64,000 bases of DNA, from assembly GCF_037042905.1 (NCBI RefSeq), contig NC_087245.1:39434001-39498000 (forward strand), given 5' to 3'. The notes below the pieces were generated by a model. It saw nothing but the letters and a program-made list of their open reading frames with translations. It made no database searches and was not told where the DNA came from. Shown piece by piece: positions 1 through 14,330 of this stretch. The translations under genes and the position numbers were made by a program. The DNA comes from Lytechinus pictus. Lineage: Eukaryota. Within the stretch, counting starts at the first letter, position 1. Each line of letters starts with the position of its first letter.

Positions 1-2879
1 CAGTCCTTAACAGGTCCCTTTTCGATAATGCTAGAACAGTTAATAAAAATTTCTGCTCGCGCTTGGCGTTCGCAGTAACCATCTAGTTACATACGAATCT
101 TGTTCAGGATCACACATTACATTGCCCAGAATATTAAATTTTCAGGACAAAATACATGAAAGTAAAAAAAAAAATCGCTCGCGCTTCGCGCTCGCACTTT
201 TTATAAGGCTTATGAGATTATTTCATGTTTTTGTTGTTTTATAAGAATAAAACTATAAGAAGTGACTGATCGGGGAAAATATAGGTGAAGATAATTTCGG
301 GCCCCGTCCCCTATTGGCGAAATTCGGATCCGCCCTTGTGACACATACACACACACACCGGAAAAAATGGTGCCCCCCCCCCTGAAAAAGCAAGGACCCC
401 CCAGTGCCCCCCCAGGAAAAAAACCCTAGCTACGCCACTGCTAATATTCGGTCAGAAGCACTTTTTTTTCTCTTTCGACGTGGTGAATTCTTCCCTTGCA
501 GTTAATAAGTCAGTTTTTAGGTTTGTTGTGCACCTCCATATCTCAGAAGAATAGTTACTTACCGTCATACCATTTAGACTATATAACTCGACATGTTTTT
601 ATACCAATCAATAATTACACCTGCCTCAACCCAAAACTTAAAACAAAAACGTTCTTTTTTCTTATACTGCAACCAAACTTTTCAACTCCCTATTCAAACT
701 TTAATATCCCCTTCAATCCAAATCGTTAAAAAAACGCCTTTCATATGCAATACCAGACACATTGAACATAATTGTCTATATTATGTAACCATCCAAAATT
801 AATGACCAGTCTTGTCATGTTATTTTGTTGTTGTTCTTGTTGTTACTTAATTGTGATGATTTTGTCAATCATATTTTGTCTTAGTTTGTTTTTATATATT
901 ATTTTTCATGTTTTATACTCATTTCCTATATGACTTTTTTCCTATGAAACCTATATGTCATTATTTATTTTCATACACTGTTTTATTCATTTTATGTCAT
1001 GATTATTATATGTGTTCATTTTGACATACCTCCCTTGGTAAATTAGGCCAATTGGATTGAACGGGACAGCCCCGTCTCTTTGAAGAAAACGTGAATAAAT
1101 AAATCAATAATATCATGCTTTTCAGAAAAGGGGTGCGTGCATGCAGCCTTGCACTTATCATCCATATTTAAATCATTATTACGATTATTGGTGTATGTTG
1201 CTTTGCCAAAGGGGACGATACGTTAGAATGACCCTTTTCACGTTTCATACGTGAAGAGGATCATTCTGAATAGCTGGTTTTTTTTTTGTTTAAAAAAGGG
1301 TGATTGTAGAGGTGGTGGGATGCATTATATTATTGACACGCATGTTGACTAATAATCTGTTGAACTTCTCAAAAACTAGGGTAGGGTAAACAAAAAGTAG
1401 GGTAATAAATTTTATTTATTTTATCTGTTTATTGGTAGGCATTTTGAATACAGTTCAGCACTTTCCGGGGAGGTCAATATACTATGACAAAGTAAATCAA
1501 ATAATAATGCGAATACAGTTACAGTATAAATTTCACAAAAAGTATAGATAGATGAAATCACTTTTCTGAATATAAAGTGAAATCTATTTGATTTTTGCAT
1601 GAAAGAGTTCCAAATATTAATTTGCTAACCCGGTTGCTATCTCGGTACGCTTTTGAGAAATTCAACCTCATGCTCCTCGTCTGACCCCAAAATGGTGTGT
1701 AATTACGCCAATGATACAAAGCTATAATGGTTAAATTGTATAAAAAAAGGAGAAAAAAAAATCTACTTGCAAGATAAATCAAATAATGGAATAGTGCCCC
1801 TCCACCTAAATAAACTTTGTCAAGCAAGGGATGCAAAGAAAAAGGAAATCATTTCTCAAAATTAAATTTAAAATCTATCACAAAAAATTTAATACGTGTT
1901 GCTGCCGCTTACTTCTAGCTGTACTGAGCGGTGTCCCTACAATTTCTCCGCCGACATTATTGCTACACAAAATGCGTCAAATACTAAAATAAAATTTGGG
2001 TGTGGACCATTGATATTTATTCAGGCCTGTCTCTTTCTTTCTTTATCAAGTTATTTATTTCATTATGTATAGTTATGCAAACTGACAATGGGTAGCATAT
2101 TAATTGCGTAACATAATAAAACTGCTTTCCACAATGACCCTGTTCGCAATCGACATCCAATTTGTTATCATCAAATCAGTAGATTGTACATAATAACACA
2201 AAACGAATTTGAATGCATTAACCCATTGTTCCTTTCTTAAAAATTAATCAAACAAAATGCTTTCTAATCAAAACAATGAAAAGTTATAAATTGGTTTGAA
2301 TTCCTAGCAATCTTAAAATACATAGTAAAACACGCTGTTTGATACTTTATACAACGATGTGATATGTGTTTTAGATGTTAAACAACCGTGCCTGATTTAT
2401 TGACGATTAAATATGTTTCAAATTTTAGACACTTCTTTAAACTGTTACTCAAGTACTCTGAAGTCAATGTTTTAAAGTGTTGTATATATATATAAAAATC
2501 GAACTGCGTTTTTACTATATAAAGATATTTTCTTAAAATCAAAATAAAGGATAGAAACAAAATCACATTATTATTAATTTGTTATACCACACCTAAGATA
2601 TTTTGTTTGCATACACCAAGATTTTTCTCAAAAGAAACTGAGAATAATGCTCGGAATTGAATGGAACATCGGGCAAAAATAAATTTAAATATGGGGTGGC
2701 TGGAAGCAAGTTTTCTGGAAATTGGCTATTTAAAGTTTGAAAAGTCTTAATACACGTTCTATGGCGATTCTGAAGATGACAATGCCGGTTAAAAGGGCGG
2801 CTTTATAGTAGTACAAATGTTTACATGGAATCAATATATCCTCCTTTGTTTCTGCATGGATATAAACATGACGAGACCT

Positions 2880-3232
2880 ATTATAATAATAATATTCCGC
2901 ATTTATATAGCGCTTAACACATCGGAACGACGTCTCTAAGCGCTTTACAGATATATTATTACCCCGGTCATCGGATCCTTGCATGCCCGCATACAATGTA
3001 TGCACCTTCTCCACTCCCTGGGGAGCATTCCAACAAGAGTTCCAAGACTCAATTGCTAGGCATACTACATAGGCTTTCGCATCCTACCGGGTACCCATTT
3101 AACACCTGGGTGGAGAGTGGCAAATTGTGGATTGACGCCGTGCCAAAGGACGCTAGGCCATGGTGGGATTCGAACACACGACCCTCTGATTACAAGGCGA
3201 GAGTCAGAACCGCTACACCACAGCGCTTCCAC
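2880..3232 (-). mobile_element. tRNA-derived SINE with (TTA)n-type tail
   Basis: The minus strand starts GTGGAAGCGCTGTGGTGTAGCGG (A box) and contains GTTCGAATCCC (B box). A body follows, then a short TAA-repeat tail at about 2880. Confidence 0.75.
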
Positions 3233-4108
3233 TATGTCATTATGATGACATCTGGTTCCTGTAACACAAAGTTTATTAGCGATTAATCGTACGCTTGATT
3301 TTCACGACTGATTGTACATTGTAGTCAATGGAATCAATCGTAGAAAAATGTTCTACGATCATTGCTAAGTTTTGTGTTACAGGCTCCTGGTCATATCATT
3401 TAAAAGATGTAGACATGACTAGATTTGACATCTTATTGGAGTACTCCAGGCTAAATATATTCATATCTAAATAAATAGAGTAAAATTTACAAAGCAAAAT
3501 GCTGAAAATTTCATCAAAATCTGATTGAATATAAGTTTAATACTTTGATGAAACGGTTATATGCATGTCGTCATGAATATTCATTAGGTGGGCTGACAAT
3601 GTCACATCCCCACTTTCCCTTTTCTTATGCTATTCCATGAAATCATTTATTATTTCATTTTTTCATACAAGTATGAATGGTATGTCTCCCTTCTGATAAA
3701 ATAAGTTGCAGCAATGAATATCTAATGCATTAAATCAGTAGTCAATCCCACTTTCTTGAGGAAAAATTTTCAATAAAAATAATTTCATACTATAAAATAC
3801 AAAAGATCAAGTAGAAGTATGGCATTACCAGTTTGCTCATTGAATATTCGTAAATTCGTGAAACTGACAGCAAAAAAATGCAAATATTTAAAATGTTATA
3901 AATTTGTTATTCCTTGTCCGATTTTCAGTGACTGTGTTTGTCTGATTTTTCTTAATCTGTTCAAATCATGTTATACCCCTTTAATAACAAGATCTATGTT
4001 CGTGGCACCCACTGTGTTAGGATCTTCATATATCAGTATATCATCTACCCATATACTATTATGTAGGTGATATAATGCTATATAAAAGTTCTAAACACAC
4101 TAAGTTAA

Positions 4109-4682
4109 AGGGATGGTCCGAGCTGAAAATATTTATATCTTAATACATAGAGTAGAATTCACTGAGCAAAATGCCGAAAATTTCATCAAAATCGGATAAC
4201 AAATAACAAAGTTATTGAATTTTAAATTTTAGCAATATTTTGTGAAAACAGTCGTCATGAATATTCATTAGGTGGGCTGATGATGTCACATCCCCACTTG
4301 TTCTTTTGTATTTTATTATATGAAATTAGGTTTATTCAAATTTTTCCTCCAAGAACTAGAAAAGGTGGATTGTCAACTGATTTAGTGCATTAGATATTAA
4401 TTGCTGCAACTTATTTAATTATAAGGGAGACATATTATTCACACAAGTATGAAATAATGACAAAAATAGGATTTTATGTAATAACATAAGAAAACGGAAA
4501 GTGGAGATGTGACATCATCAGCCCACCTAATGAATATTCATGACGACTGTTTTCACAAAATATTGATAAACTTTAATAACTTTATTATTTGTTATCCGAT
4601 TTTTATGAAATTTTCGGCATTTTGCTCAGTGAATTCTACTCTATGTATTAAGATATAAATATTTTCAGCCCGGACCATCCCT
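4109..4682. mobile_element. TTAA-flanked MITE with long TIRs (Kolobok/T2-like)
   Basis: TTAA|AGGGATGGTCCG...CGGACCATCCCT|TTAA with about 180-bp inverted arms. A degenerate relative lies at about 3440-3970. Confidence 0.85.
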
Positions 4683-5699
4683 TTAATTCAATAGTCATTT
4701 TAATCATCTTTGTATGTTCTCTCCTCTGCAACAAGACGGGCCCAAGGGCCAGTATATTACGACAAATTCTACATTTCTTCACAAGAACAAAAACAAGATG
4801 ATTAGCAGACAAGAATGGGCCAATTAATCATTCAATTGCCACTTTTATTATTATTATTATCACATGAAATATATAATAATGTTTAAATTTCTTCTTATAT
4901 CAACTTCATCTATTGCTAATGATAGGTCCAGGCAAAAAAAAATGGTCAGCTGGCCAACAAATTTACCTCCATGATCTAAAGATCTTAGAAATCTACACAT
5001 AGAGATGTTTCACTTTGAAGAAATTATAAAAATCACTGGATAAGTTATTTCATATACTCAGAATGAGAAACGTGGTTGACTTGTATGAGAAAACTTCTCT
5101 CATCATGTATCATAGCAAATGTCAATTGTGTCTTAAGGGGCCTTCAATATCCAATTCAAGTAGAAATGTTGTTTTAAAAAGAGGAAAGAAAGACCAGAAA
5201 AACAGACAGATGAAGATATGAAGAAAATCTGACCAATGAAATGAAACTTATGAATTGTTATATAAGTGTTATCTCAGTTAGGCTGCATAAAAAAGTATGC
5301 CATTGTGATGTACAGCCAGGACAATTGCAATGGTGTTCATATATCTAACAATTGAGGATACACTTCTACATAAGTACATGTAGAAGTATTTACTCAGCAT
5401 TGATATTCTCTGTTTAATGATCAAGGAGATTGTATTATCATAGATCCGTAATGCATCCTACATCATTTAAATACAAAAAAATCACAGGATTGTAATTTGT
5501 TATTTTTCATATGGTTTGGTTGATCTCTGAAGAAATTGTGCTTAATCTTACATTATTGATTAAAACATTCTGACACCTTTTCCTCATATCTAACAAAGAG
5601 TTCTGATAGATTTCAATCAAACTCAAATTGCAATTGATGTAAAGCTGTATAGTTAAATAATAGGAATTTTAGACCAATCCCAATCTTAGATTGACTTGA

Positions 5700-6080
5700 A
5701 GTGTGCTCAGTCGGTAAAGTGTCTACCTATGGAACCAAAAGTTGTGGGTTCGAGTCCACCCACGGAGGATGACGGATGCCGACGGATGCCTACGTTGTGT
5801 GTAAATATCTCTCCCCTGTTCCATATATGTGGGCTATGTTACAGTGAAAAAACACTCCGTCCCTTGGATAGGACGTTGAATGGAGGCCCCGTGTAGAGGA
5901 GAATCACCACCTTTACACATTAAGAACCCATTGCACTAAGAGTAGGGGGGGGGAACCCCGGTGCAGTGGTCCACCTGCACTCCCCAATCAGTTATATTTT
6001 GAGGAGAGACCTGCAGGTCACAGTGATTCAGTTCGCTTATCGCCTCCCAGGCAGAGGTGACGCCAAACAAATAATAATTA
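5700..6080 (+). mobile_element. tRNA-derived SINE
   Basis: GCTCAGTCGGTAAAG A box and GGTTCGAGTCC B box, followed by a non-tRNA body and an AATAATAAT tail. Confidence 0.65.
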
Positions 6081-7359
6081 TCTAGCGGAACTCTTTGTAA
6101 GAAATGGATCGGGGTGGACATCTAATTCACAGCCAAATCTTTCAAATTTTTCATGTTCTAGTACATTGCATCATTGAATACTATGTGAACATCGAGTCTA
6201 GACTAGGCACATTCAGATCATGCAAGTTCTGTCATGTATTAACTTTTTATATTCACATCTGATATATTTGGGTAACTACACGAACAGGTACAAATTTCAA
6301 TTCATAAGCAAAACAATGTTGTGAACTGCACCTCCATGCATCCAAATTCATACTTTTAACTACATTGGGGAGCATTTCATCATCTTTGTTCTCCAGGCAA
6401 ATGGTCAGATCTGACAATTTCCTTGATTTTGATTTGCTGGGAAGCACTGTCACCATGGAAACTGTCATATAAAACAGGACTTGTTGGATAAAATATCGGA
6501 CAAGTCCTTTTGTGAAATGCTCCTCAGTAGATATAAAACAAAGATTTATATATATAATTCCCCGCCCCAAACAATAAGAAAATAACAAACAAATCTCCAT
6601 ATGAAATAAACATGAAATATAAGATTTACAATGCTGTTTAACATCAAACAGCTGATAATATCATATTGGTATACAACTCCAAGAATAGTACTAAAGATCA
6701 ATTAAACACCTCTTGACATTAATATACAAATGTATATAACTTTAAGTATGTCAAAGCCCATTAGGCTTACATTCAATATTGCTTACAATGTTACAAATGA
6801 TAATATTAAGCTTTCATATAGTGCACATTACATATTATAGCTACTGTACATCTCTATGCACTTCAGAATACAAAGAAATTAAAAAGATGTGTTACCAAGT
6901 TCACTTTGTTGAATTGAGGTACATTTTGAATAAATAAGTCTGAAGAGCTGTTTTGAATTTGTCTAATGTATCAATTGTTCCAAGGGAATTCGGTAGTTTG
7001 TTCCATAAGACAGGGGCTGCATGAGCAAATTAACATTCACCATATGTTCTTTAAAATACAAATTTTAACTTTGATTAAGGCTGCATATGGTGTACATGTT
7101 AAGTACAATATATCCTACACTGCAAGCAAATGCAGGTTATCTATCTTATGAAAAATTGGTAACGTGTAGATCTCTATGACTTCTGCATTGCTTAATGTTT
7201 CTTAGACCTACATGGCCGATCAAAAACATGCTAAATGCAATGGCAGAAGTGTGATATCATGAACACGATTGTGTCGGCAGACATTTCATCTCTTGCTTTC
7301 ATACACACAGCTCTGGAACTGGTTGGATGCAAGCACTGCAGGACAATGCCCATTTCTAC

Positions 7360-7665
7360 AATAATAATAATAATAATAATAATAACACAGTTCTTCTATA
7401 GCGCATATCACATAATGACATAATGTCTCCATGTGCTTTCGAAGGACTTAGATATTATTACCCTGGCTTTAGCCTCACAGCCTTTTACAGCGCGGTGGCA
7501 TTTCAAGGAATCGATTCCTGCCAGGTACACATTTACCTCACGTGGGTCAATGCAGCACAATGTGGATGAATTTCTTGCCGGAAGAAATTACACCATGGCT
7601 GGGATTTGAACCCACAACCCTGTTTCAAAGTCAGAAGACTAAACCCACTGGGCCACAACAACACT
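7360..7665 (-). mobile_element. Degenerate SINE with (TAA)n tail
   Basis: Similar to 2880-3232 (ATATTATTACCC, GGTAC.CATTTA.C.C, GGGATTTGAACCC). (ATA)n run at 7360-7385. Confidence 0.65.
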
Positions 7666-8193
7666 CGACATGGCACGAATACTCCACAGGGAGTGGAGGA
7701 TCCCCACATAATGAAGACATGGTTGCGACCATGATCGAAGCTAAGAGACCACATATGATGGAAATTTATTTATGTCTGTTTTTATCAAAAAACGTCTTAA
7801 ATTTGAAGAGAATTATGTACAAGGGTAACATCTCTCAGGAATAATATCATTGCTCTACAAACATTTGTTGAAAAAAGTGACCTTGTCTACTTTGACTGGA
7901 AGGTGAATGGCCATTTCCTGTTAAACTCCTTGAGGTAGATATATTAAGAAGGGATGGAGAGGCATGAGAGCTTTAAATAGAATGAGATAATGTAATGGGA
8001 GGGAGAAGGGAAGAAAAGTGCAAAAATCAGTAATAGAATTGGGGGAGGGGCAAATGTCAAGAGGAAAAAATAAGTAATGGAATGGGGGGGGGGGGACAAA
8101 TGACAAGTACAAAATATAATTAACATACCCTTATAATGTAATTCTTGAATAATGTAGCCAATGCACAATGCATAGCACATGCAGGAAGCATAT

Positions 8194-8650
8194 GGGCAAT
8201 TCCATAGGTTGGTGGACATGAGCTCAATGTGTCTTTGTACATATAGCCCATCTGAACCGTAACGTGAGTAACCACTTTATCTGCACCCCTTATAAAAACC
8301 ATGTGTTCTTTATTTTTTTAATTATATACAAATTTGTCTCCCTAATATACTTCTTTGAAATGAATATAATCAACTTTCATAAAAGCCTTGCATGAGGACA
8401 CTTTTCACTTATGTCCACTTTTCATTTTATGCATGTCCAAATCATGTAACATGAGTAACCGACACATTTCAAAGATTTGCCAGGAGCATAATGAAATTTC
8501 CCAAGTTTTGTTTTTATACAAAGGATAGTTAGACTGCGTACTATGTTGTGATAAAGAGATGTTTAGTTCCTATCAATAATAATGGAGTTACAGCTCCAAG
8601 TATGAGTCAAGGTGTCTCCAAATGTAACATGAGTAACCGTGGAATGGCCC
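8194..8650. mobile_element. Non-autonomous DNA transposon with 4-bp TSD (Sola2-like)
   Basis: ATAT|GGGCAATTCCA...TGGAATGGCCC|ATAT, with internal repeats of GTAAC.TGAGTAACC. Confidence 0.6.
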
Positions 8651-8686
8651 ATATGCAGTCTAAATTGTCTAACAAGGCCACTGGAG

Positions 8687-9146
8687 CAGACCTGCCAACC
8701 TCTGGGAATGAAATACTGTATTGTGATTAAAAAAAATGTATTTTTCCCAAAAAAAGTGTATTTCATAATAAAATGCTTGGCGCACTCGCTCATCGCGGCA
8801 CTCTTGCAGATGAAAAAAAAAAACATTAAAACATGTGTATATCTTCACCCTGGTTTTAACAAAATGATTGGAAAAAAAAACAAGTTACCTGAAATTACAT
8901 TGATCTAATAACCATATTTGTGTACGTTTTATGAAATAGAGACATATAGAGATTATTTTTCTCAATAAATTACGATTTAGTAAAATAAAAAAAATAAAAA
9001 AAATAAAAAGTAAAAAAAAAAATATATATAGGCCTATATATTTTTTTTTTTACAAAAAACGTTTTTTTCTATGAAAAAACATACTGCCGTATTTTGGTTG
9101 CAAAAACGTACTAAATACGGCTAAAACGTACTAGTTGGCAGGTCTG
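8687..9146. mobile_element. MITE with 6-bp TSD (hAT-related)
   Basis: CTGGAG|CAGACCTGCCAAC...GTTGGCAGGTCTG|CTGGAG. Confidence 0.75.
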
Positions 9147-10436
9147 CTGGAGGGGAACAGAAAAAGGTGGCCACTTTGGACGTAGGTGGCCTTTATAGTC
9201 GGGTTGTATAATACATCATTCTTTCAAATGGAAGACAAATCTGGTGGCCACTAAGGACAGTTTTTAGACAGGCTTGACTGTAAATCTATATAGCAGGATC
9301 TATCTCCAGTCAAAGGACTGAATTCATACTCCTTTTGTACTTATTTACCTCACATGGGTCGAGTGTGTCAAATACATATTAATGTCTTTTTACCATCGCC
9401 ATATGAACTCTGTACCTGCAAGGTTGTGACTTCATATCCCATTACAAAAATTACTTGCAAAACAACAATGACCTTGTATCAAACTGATTGCTGTGCAGGA
9501 ATATTGCTGAACATGCGGTACATAGCTCCAACCAATCACAATAATTATTCAACGGATGCATCTGAACTTGAATCTTTGTGTCACGGGGCCCAGCCAAAGA
9601 TATTTCTCCACTAGAACATTTTACTGTGGCAATTTTACTATGGCAATTAGAGAGTAAAACAATCCTGTTTCCCGGTGTATCTACATGGTAAATTGGTATA
9701 TGTGGCATTGTGTGACAGACAGTATTGTGTGAAGGGAACTGACAAAACTATACACCCTAGGAGTTTGAGCTGTACGACATATTTTAGGTTCGGAAGAAAT
9801 AACCACCATAATGCAAGCTAATGATGACAGCATTTTAAACAACATAAACAACATTTGTTCATCAGGGATAAGATAACATCAAAAATTGATGAGCTTTTAC
9901 ATTAAAAATCAGAGCAATAATAATAATACCCAAGCAAAATTGGTACATATGTTTGCATTGAAACTGCAAATGAACACACAAACAAAATGATAAAAAAGAA
10001 ATTATTTTCTGAAAGAATATGCAGCATTTGCAGCATCAAGCATGCTCCTTAATGAAAGTGAATGATGTACATCACAATCAATGAGTCTCCACATGAGTGA
10101 CCGTAACTTTGAATGGTGATTCCAATGTTATTGTATCCAAATAAAATATCTTTGAAGATGGGCAGGAGCGCGACAGGGGGTTAATAAGCACATGTAGTTG
10201 CTTGGCAGTACAGTACATGCATAATCTTTTGAGGCGGTAAAGTCATTATGGCTTTGAGTTTTTTTTTCCTATGCCTTGATATTCTCAAATAGACAAGAAA
10301 CAATTACAAAATATTTTTCAAAAGCAAAAACAATCGAAAAACAAATGAGGATTGAAATTGAATAAAACAATTACAATATTTAAGAGAACTTAAACATTAT
10401 ATGAGAACATGATTTGCCTTGGGTCTGACTGAAATT

Positions 10437-11182
10437 CTCGCTACCCCAAATAGCGATTTCGCCGAGATCCGAGAAAAATCCCTGTAACGCGCATTGCATT
10501 ATGGGATAGCTTTTCGGTATTACAACTTCCTGTTCAGAAGTCCAATGCACTGTTTTGCCATTCAAATCAACAGTGCCGTCATCCACAACAACACAACGTC
10601 GCTTTCGCTCGGAAAGTTCGTGATCGCAGCCCTCTCTTTCATGATACAGTTTAACGGCCTTTTCTGCTAAAGTCACTAATTCTGCCCGACGCTTTCCATT
10701 GCACGGTATTCCTCTGTCAGTTAAGATTTTTAAAGTTCCGAAACTGATTTTTTTAATCCGTTTTGTGGTCGACGAAAAATTGAACGGAATGAATGCTGTA
10801 GTGTATATAATAGCGTCTAGTCGAATACGATCGTGATGTCAGGCCTGTCGCTAAATGAAAAATTTCAAGATATTTATTTTTTGTTTAATTTTTTTAAAAT
10901 GAAATAAAAACATGAATAAAAATTATTTTCACGTAGAATATATTTTTTATTTTTATTTATAATTCAAATGGAATCAAAACTGACCAAATCAAATAAAAAG
11001 TATTATAATCTGTACATATAACGCTGATTGGGCATTGGCATCGATTTCAGCGTGGTGGAATCAGTATCGCAAACCTCGCGCGAGCATGACTCTGAACCGG
11101 AAGTGGTGATGACGACCCGACGGAGTGAAAATTATCTTGTCTCGCGCATTATGAGATATTTTTTCCTATTTGGGGTAGCGAG
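10437..11182. mobile_element. Non-autonomous DNA transposon with AATT TSD (Sola1-like)
   Basis: AATT|CTCGCTACCCCAAATAG...CTATTTGGGGTAGCGAG|AATT, a perfect 17-bp TIR. Confidence 0.75.
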
Positions 11183-11788
11183 AATTGCACATGTACCAAA
11201 AAATCAAAACAATCTAACATAAATCATGAGCATTTAATGAACTTCCTAAAATCTTTTAGGATTTTATCGAGTAAATTCTCCAAGTCAGTTCTTGCAAAAA
11301 TATCTATTGTAGTATCAAATTAAATCACACATTGCTATAATCTCAAATTTGATTCTGTTCATGAATACCATGACAATGTTATGCCTGATATTTTTTCATG
11401 TAATCACATGAAGATTCTAAAAAGATTGTCAATGCCTGAGCCTTTTAACATCACCCTTACGAGCCAGTTATTAATCTCACGTAAGAGAAATGAAGTTTAC
11501 TGAACCATATACTCTAAAGTAGTCTCCTGAATATTTGCTATGACAAATATTTAAAGAAAAATTTGCAAAAGGCTTATTGTAGGCTTCGCTGTAAAATAAG
11601 ATATTAATCAATTGGACCAAACGTTTATGAGCTAGGTAAGAAAATGATGGCATCATGGTTTCTCAAATAACAATTAACAGAATTTCAGGAGACTAAGAAA
11701 CTCAATTTGAGATGTCATTGGAACTTAATCGAATTATATCTATGAAAATACAAAATAACAGCATGAAATTCATGAACACACGATTTAA

Positions 11789-12183
11789 AGAGAAATTCCA
11801 GTAGTTGCAGTAAACACTGATTTCATGAGAAAGTCTGTAAAACCAGGCTTAATTGTCAGTATATCATCGAGGATCTAGATCTGGTACAGTTACATAAACT
11901 GAACTTTGTGAAATCTTGAAATCTACGCTGAATAATGTTCAGACTGAACTTCCCCAACACAGATAAGCGCACGTGGGACAGTGTATAATTATTGCTTTGA
12001 GCGTCGGGCCCGACGCTCTACCCGAATCCTGTGCTTATTTGCTGATTTCTCAGCAATTACACAATTTCTTCCAGAATCCTTTGGCACATGCGTTTTATTC
12101 ATACAAACAGACACTTTGGTGGTCATTTCATTGGATTCTGTACGAACTCATTTTGATATCGTTACCAAAACTAGCATTTACCT
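11789..12183. mobile_element. TTAA-flanked non-autonomous element downstream of the SLC25A51 stop
   Basis: TTAA|AGAGAAATTCCAGT...ACTAGCATTTACCT|TTAA, an imperfect TIR. Confidence 0.55.
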
Positions 12184-12476
12184 TTAATGTTTATAACGAC
12201 ACACCCTTTTTCCAACTTAAATGGCCATGCAGTGTTAAATGAGTTTGAACTCTTATATTTCATGCAATGTTGAAAATACCAACACAATTCAGATAAGACA
12301 ACGTGTAAATTAAATCAATATGATTAAGTTATCTTCAGCATTTTTCAACATGATTTCATGCACAATACGGGATAAGGAGGGAAAAATCACAACTCATGAA
12401 TGTCGTCTGTAATGATGACAGGTTGACACAGCTTAAGATTCGACAGGAAGATCTAACTGCTTCCTGTAAGAGTCTA

Positions 12477-13000
12477 TCATGAACCCCGGGTCTGGAAAGA
12501 TGACTTGATGAATTCATAGGAAGCATTGATGATGCCCCAGGATATTAAAGCTCGGGTGAAATTGAGATGGACTCCGAAAAACATGGCTCTCCAGCGGCAG
12601 CCACGCTCCACGTAGATCTTCCGAAAGGTGTACACGAACGAGCGGAACTCTCCGCCGACTTTGGACTGCATCCGCGTCTTGACCACATTGACCGGGAACC
12701 ATGCAGTGCTGAGCATCGCACCCAGGATCGCCCCACTGATGAAGTCGTTCACCACTGCACCCGTGTCCGTCGTTGGCTCTGGGAGTGCTGATCGGAGCTT
12801 TCCTCGCAGGCTGAAGAATACAATATTGCTTGGCCCATTGCGCAAGAGGACAGCTGTAAGTCCACGATAACACTCTTTTATACCAAGGGAGTAGACTGTT
12901 CTAAGAGCATGGTGTGTGTTTTTGAATTTATGTTCATTCCTATGATCCTGAAGAAGAGTCTGAACGCGCTCAAACGGAGCAAGAAGGGCTTCGCAAGAAC
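12477..13000 (-). CDS. SLC25A51: Mitochondrial NAD+ carrier SLC25A51/52 (MCART1), last coding exon
   Basis: Encodes (G)SCEALLAPFERVQTLLQD...PVNVVKTRMQSKVGGEF...ISWGIINASYEF. This has the mitochondrial carrier signature and the MCART1-typical C-terminus. Acceptor TTGTTTCCAG, TGA at 12477-12479. Confidence 0.95.
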
Positions 13001-13722
13001 CTGGAAACAAAATCATAAGAATAAATGAAAACATTACGAAAATTGTTGTACTATGCCCATACCATATTTGAATTCACAAAATTGTAATGGAGTATACATT
13101 CTACATTACAAAACATTATTATCAAAAGAGCATTTTATTTGCTCTACAAACATTTGTTGAAAAGAGTGACCTTGTCTACTTTGACTGGTAGGTGAATGGC
13201 CATTTCCTGTTAAACTCCTTGAGGTAGATATATTAAGGGCACAATATATCTAGCCATGAACTTGTAAAACAATGATAAAAACTGGTTATTTACTCCCATC
13301 CTTTCCCTCTTTCTCTCAATATACTGCACTGATTTCTTTATCAAATAAAAATGATATCAAACAATTTTTTATTAAACAATCTTTGGCATTTACTGCAGAC
13401 AAATCGGTTTAATCAGCAATTGCTAAAGGACAAGTCCCCCCCCCCAAAAAAAAGTTGATTTGAATAAAAAGAGAACAATCCAACAAGCATAACCCTGAAA
13501 ATTTCATGCAAATCAGGTGTAAAACAAGAATTTCATGACAGTTTGAAGTTTCGCTTAATTTCACAAAACAGTTATTTTCACATCCTGATCAGTATGCAAA
13601 TGAGGGAACCGATGACATCACCTACTCACTCTTTCAACATTTTTCTGGGGTGGACTTAACCTTGAATGTGGTGTATACTTTTGGTTGTCTTACATATCTA
13701 GTCATTCCCTATCGTTACCCAC

Positions 13723-13951
13723 CTGAAAGCAAACCAGCCAGACAAATAATTACAGTTGAATTGAGGTTAGGGAACTGGCTCTTGAAGATGCGACTGAACT
13801 GTTCGTATGCACCAAACATGAGAGATACAGAACACGTCTTTTGCAAGAGTGGAGGCAGCACGCCACGATAGATATTATGGAGTCCCTCCTTGTTAATCTG
13901 GCGCAGGGCTTTTTTGGCACGGATCCCATGTAGTTGTTGTCGAAATAGCAC
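13723..13951 (-). CDS. SLC25A51: SLC25A51-like middle coding exon
   Basis: VLFRQQLHG...YRGVLPPLLQKTCSVSLMFGAYEQF. CAG acceptor and GTGGGT donor. 229 nt, phase 0 to 1, fits both neighbours. Confidence 0.95.
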
Positions 13952-14134
13952 CTGCATGGGTACAAGTATTCATCTTTTCACATCAATATCAGATCAATAT
14001 TTTATTATAACAATTTTTAGAGTAATTAGTAATTTTGTTTGAAAAAAAATGAAAATGATGAAAATCCATATTTTATTGTTCCAAATAGACATGAAATGAA
14101 ATGCTCCGCAAATTTGCTTTGCCCAATTGATCAT

Positions 14135-14330
14135 GGGCCTGGCAGCCGCTGTGCAGCGCCAGATCGACGAGGCTCTATCCCTTTAATCATTGAACGCCAA
14201 ACAGGGTAGCAGCAACTCCCATCTTTAATGTCTTTTGGTAGGACGGCCGGGGTTTGAACGGCAGGGGTTTGAATCCCAGACCTCCCGGTTGTGAGACAGA
14301 TGCTCTACCAACTGAACAATCACACCGGTG
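14135..14330 (-). mobile_element. tRNA-derived SINE fragment (intronic)
   Basis: The minus strand has GTTCAGTTGGTAGAGCATCTG (A box) and GGGATTCAAACCCC (B-box-like). Confidence 0.6.

Noticed and set aside
6253..6600. 115-aa minus-strand ORF
   Set aside because: No recognisable domain and no partner exons. Probably 3' UTR or intergenic sequence.
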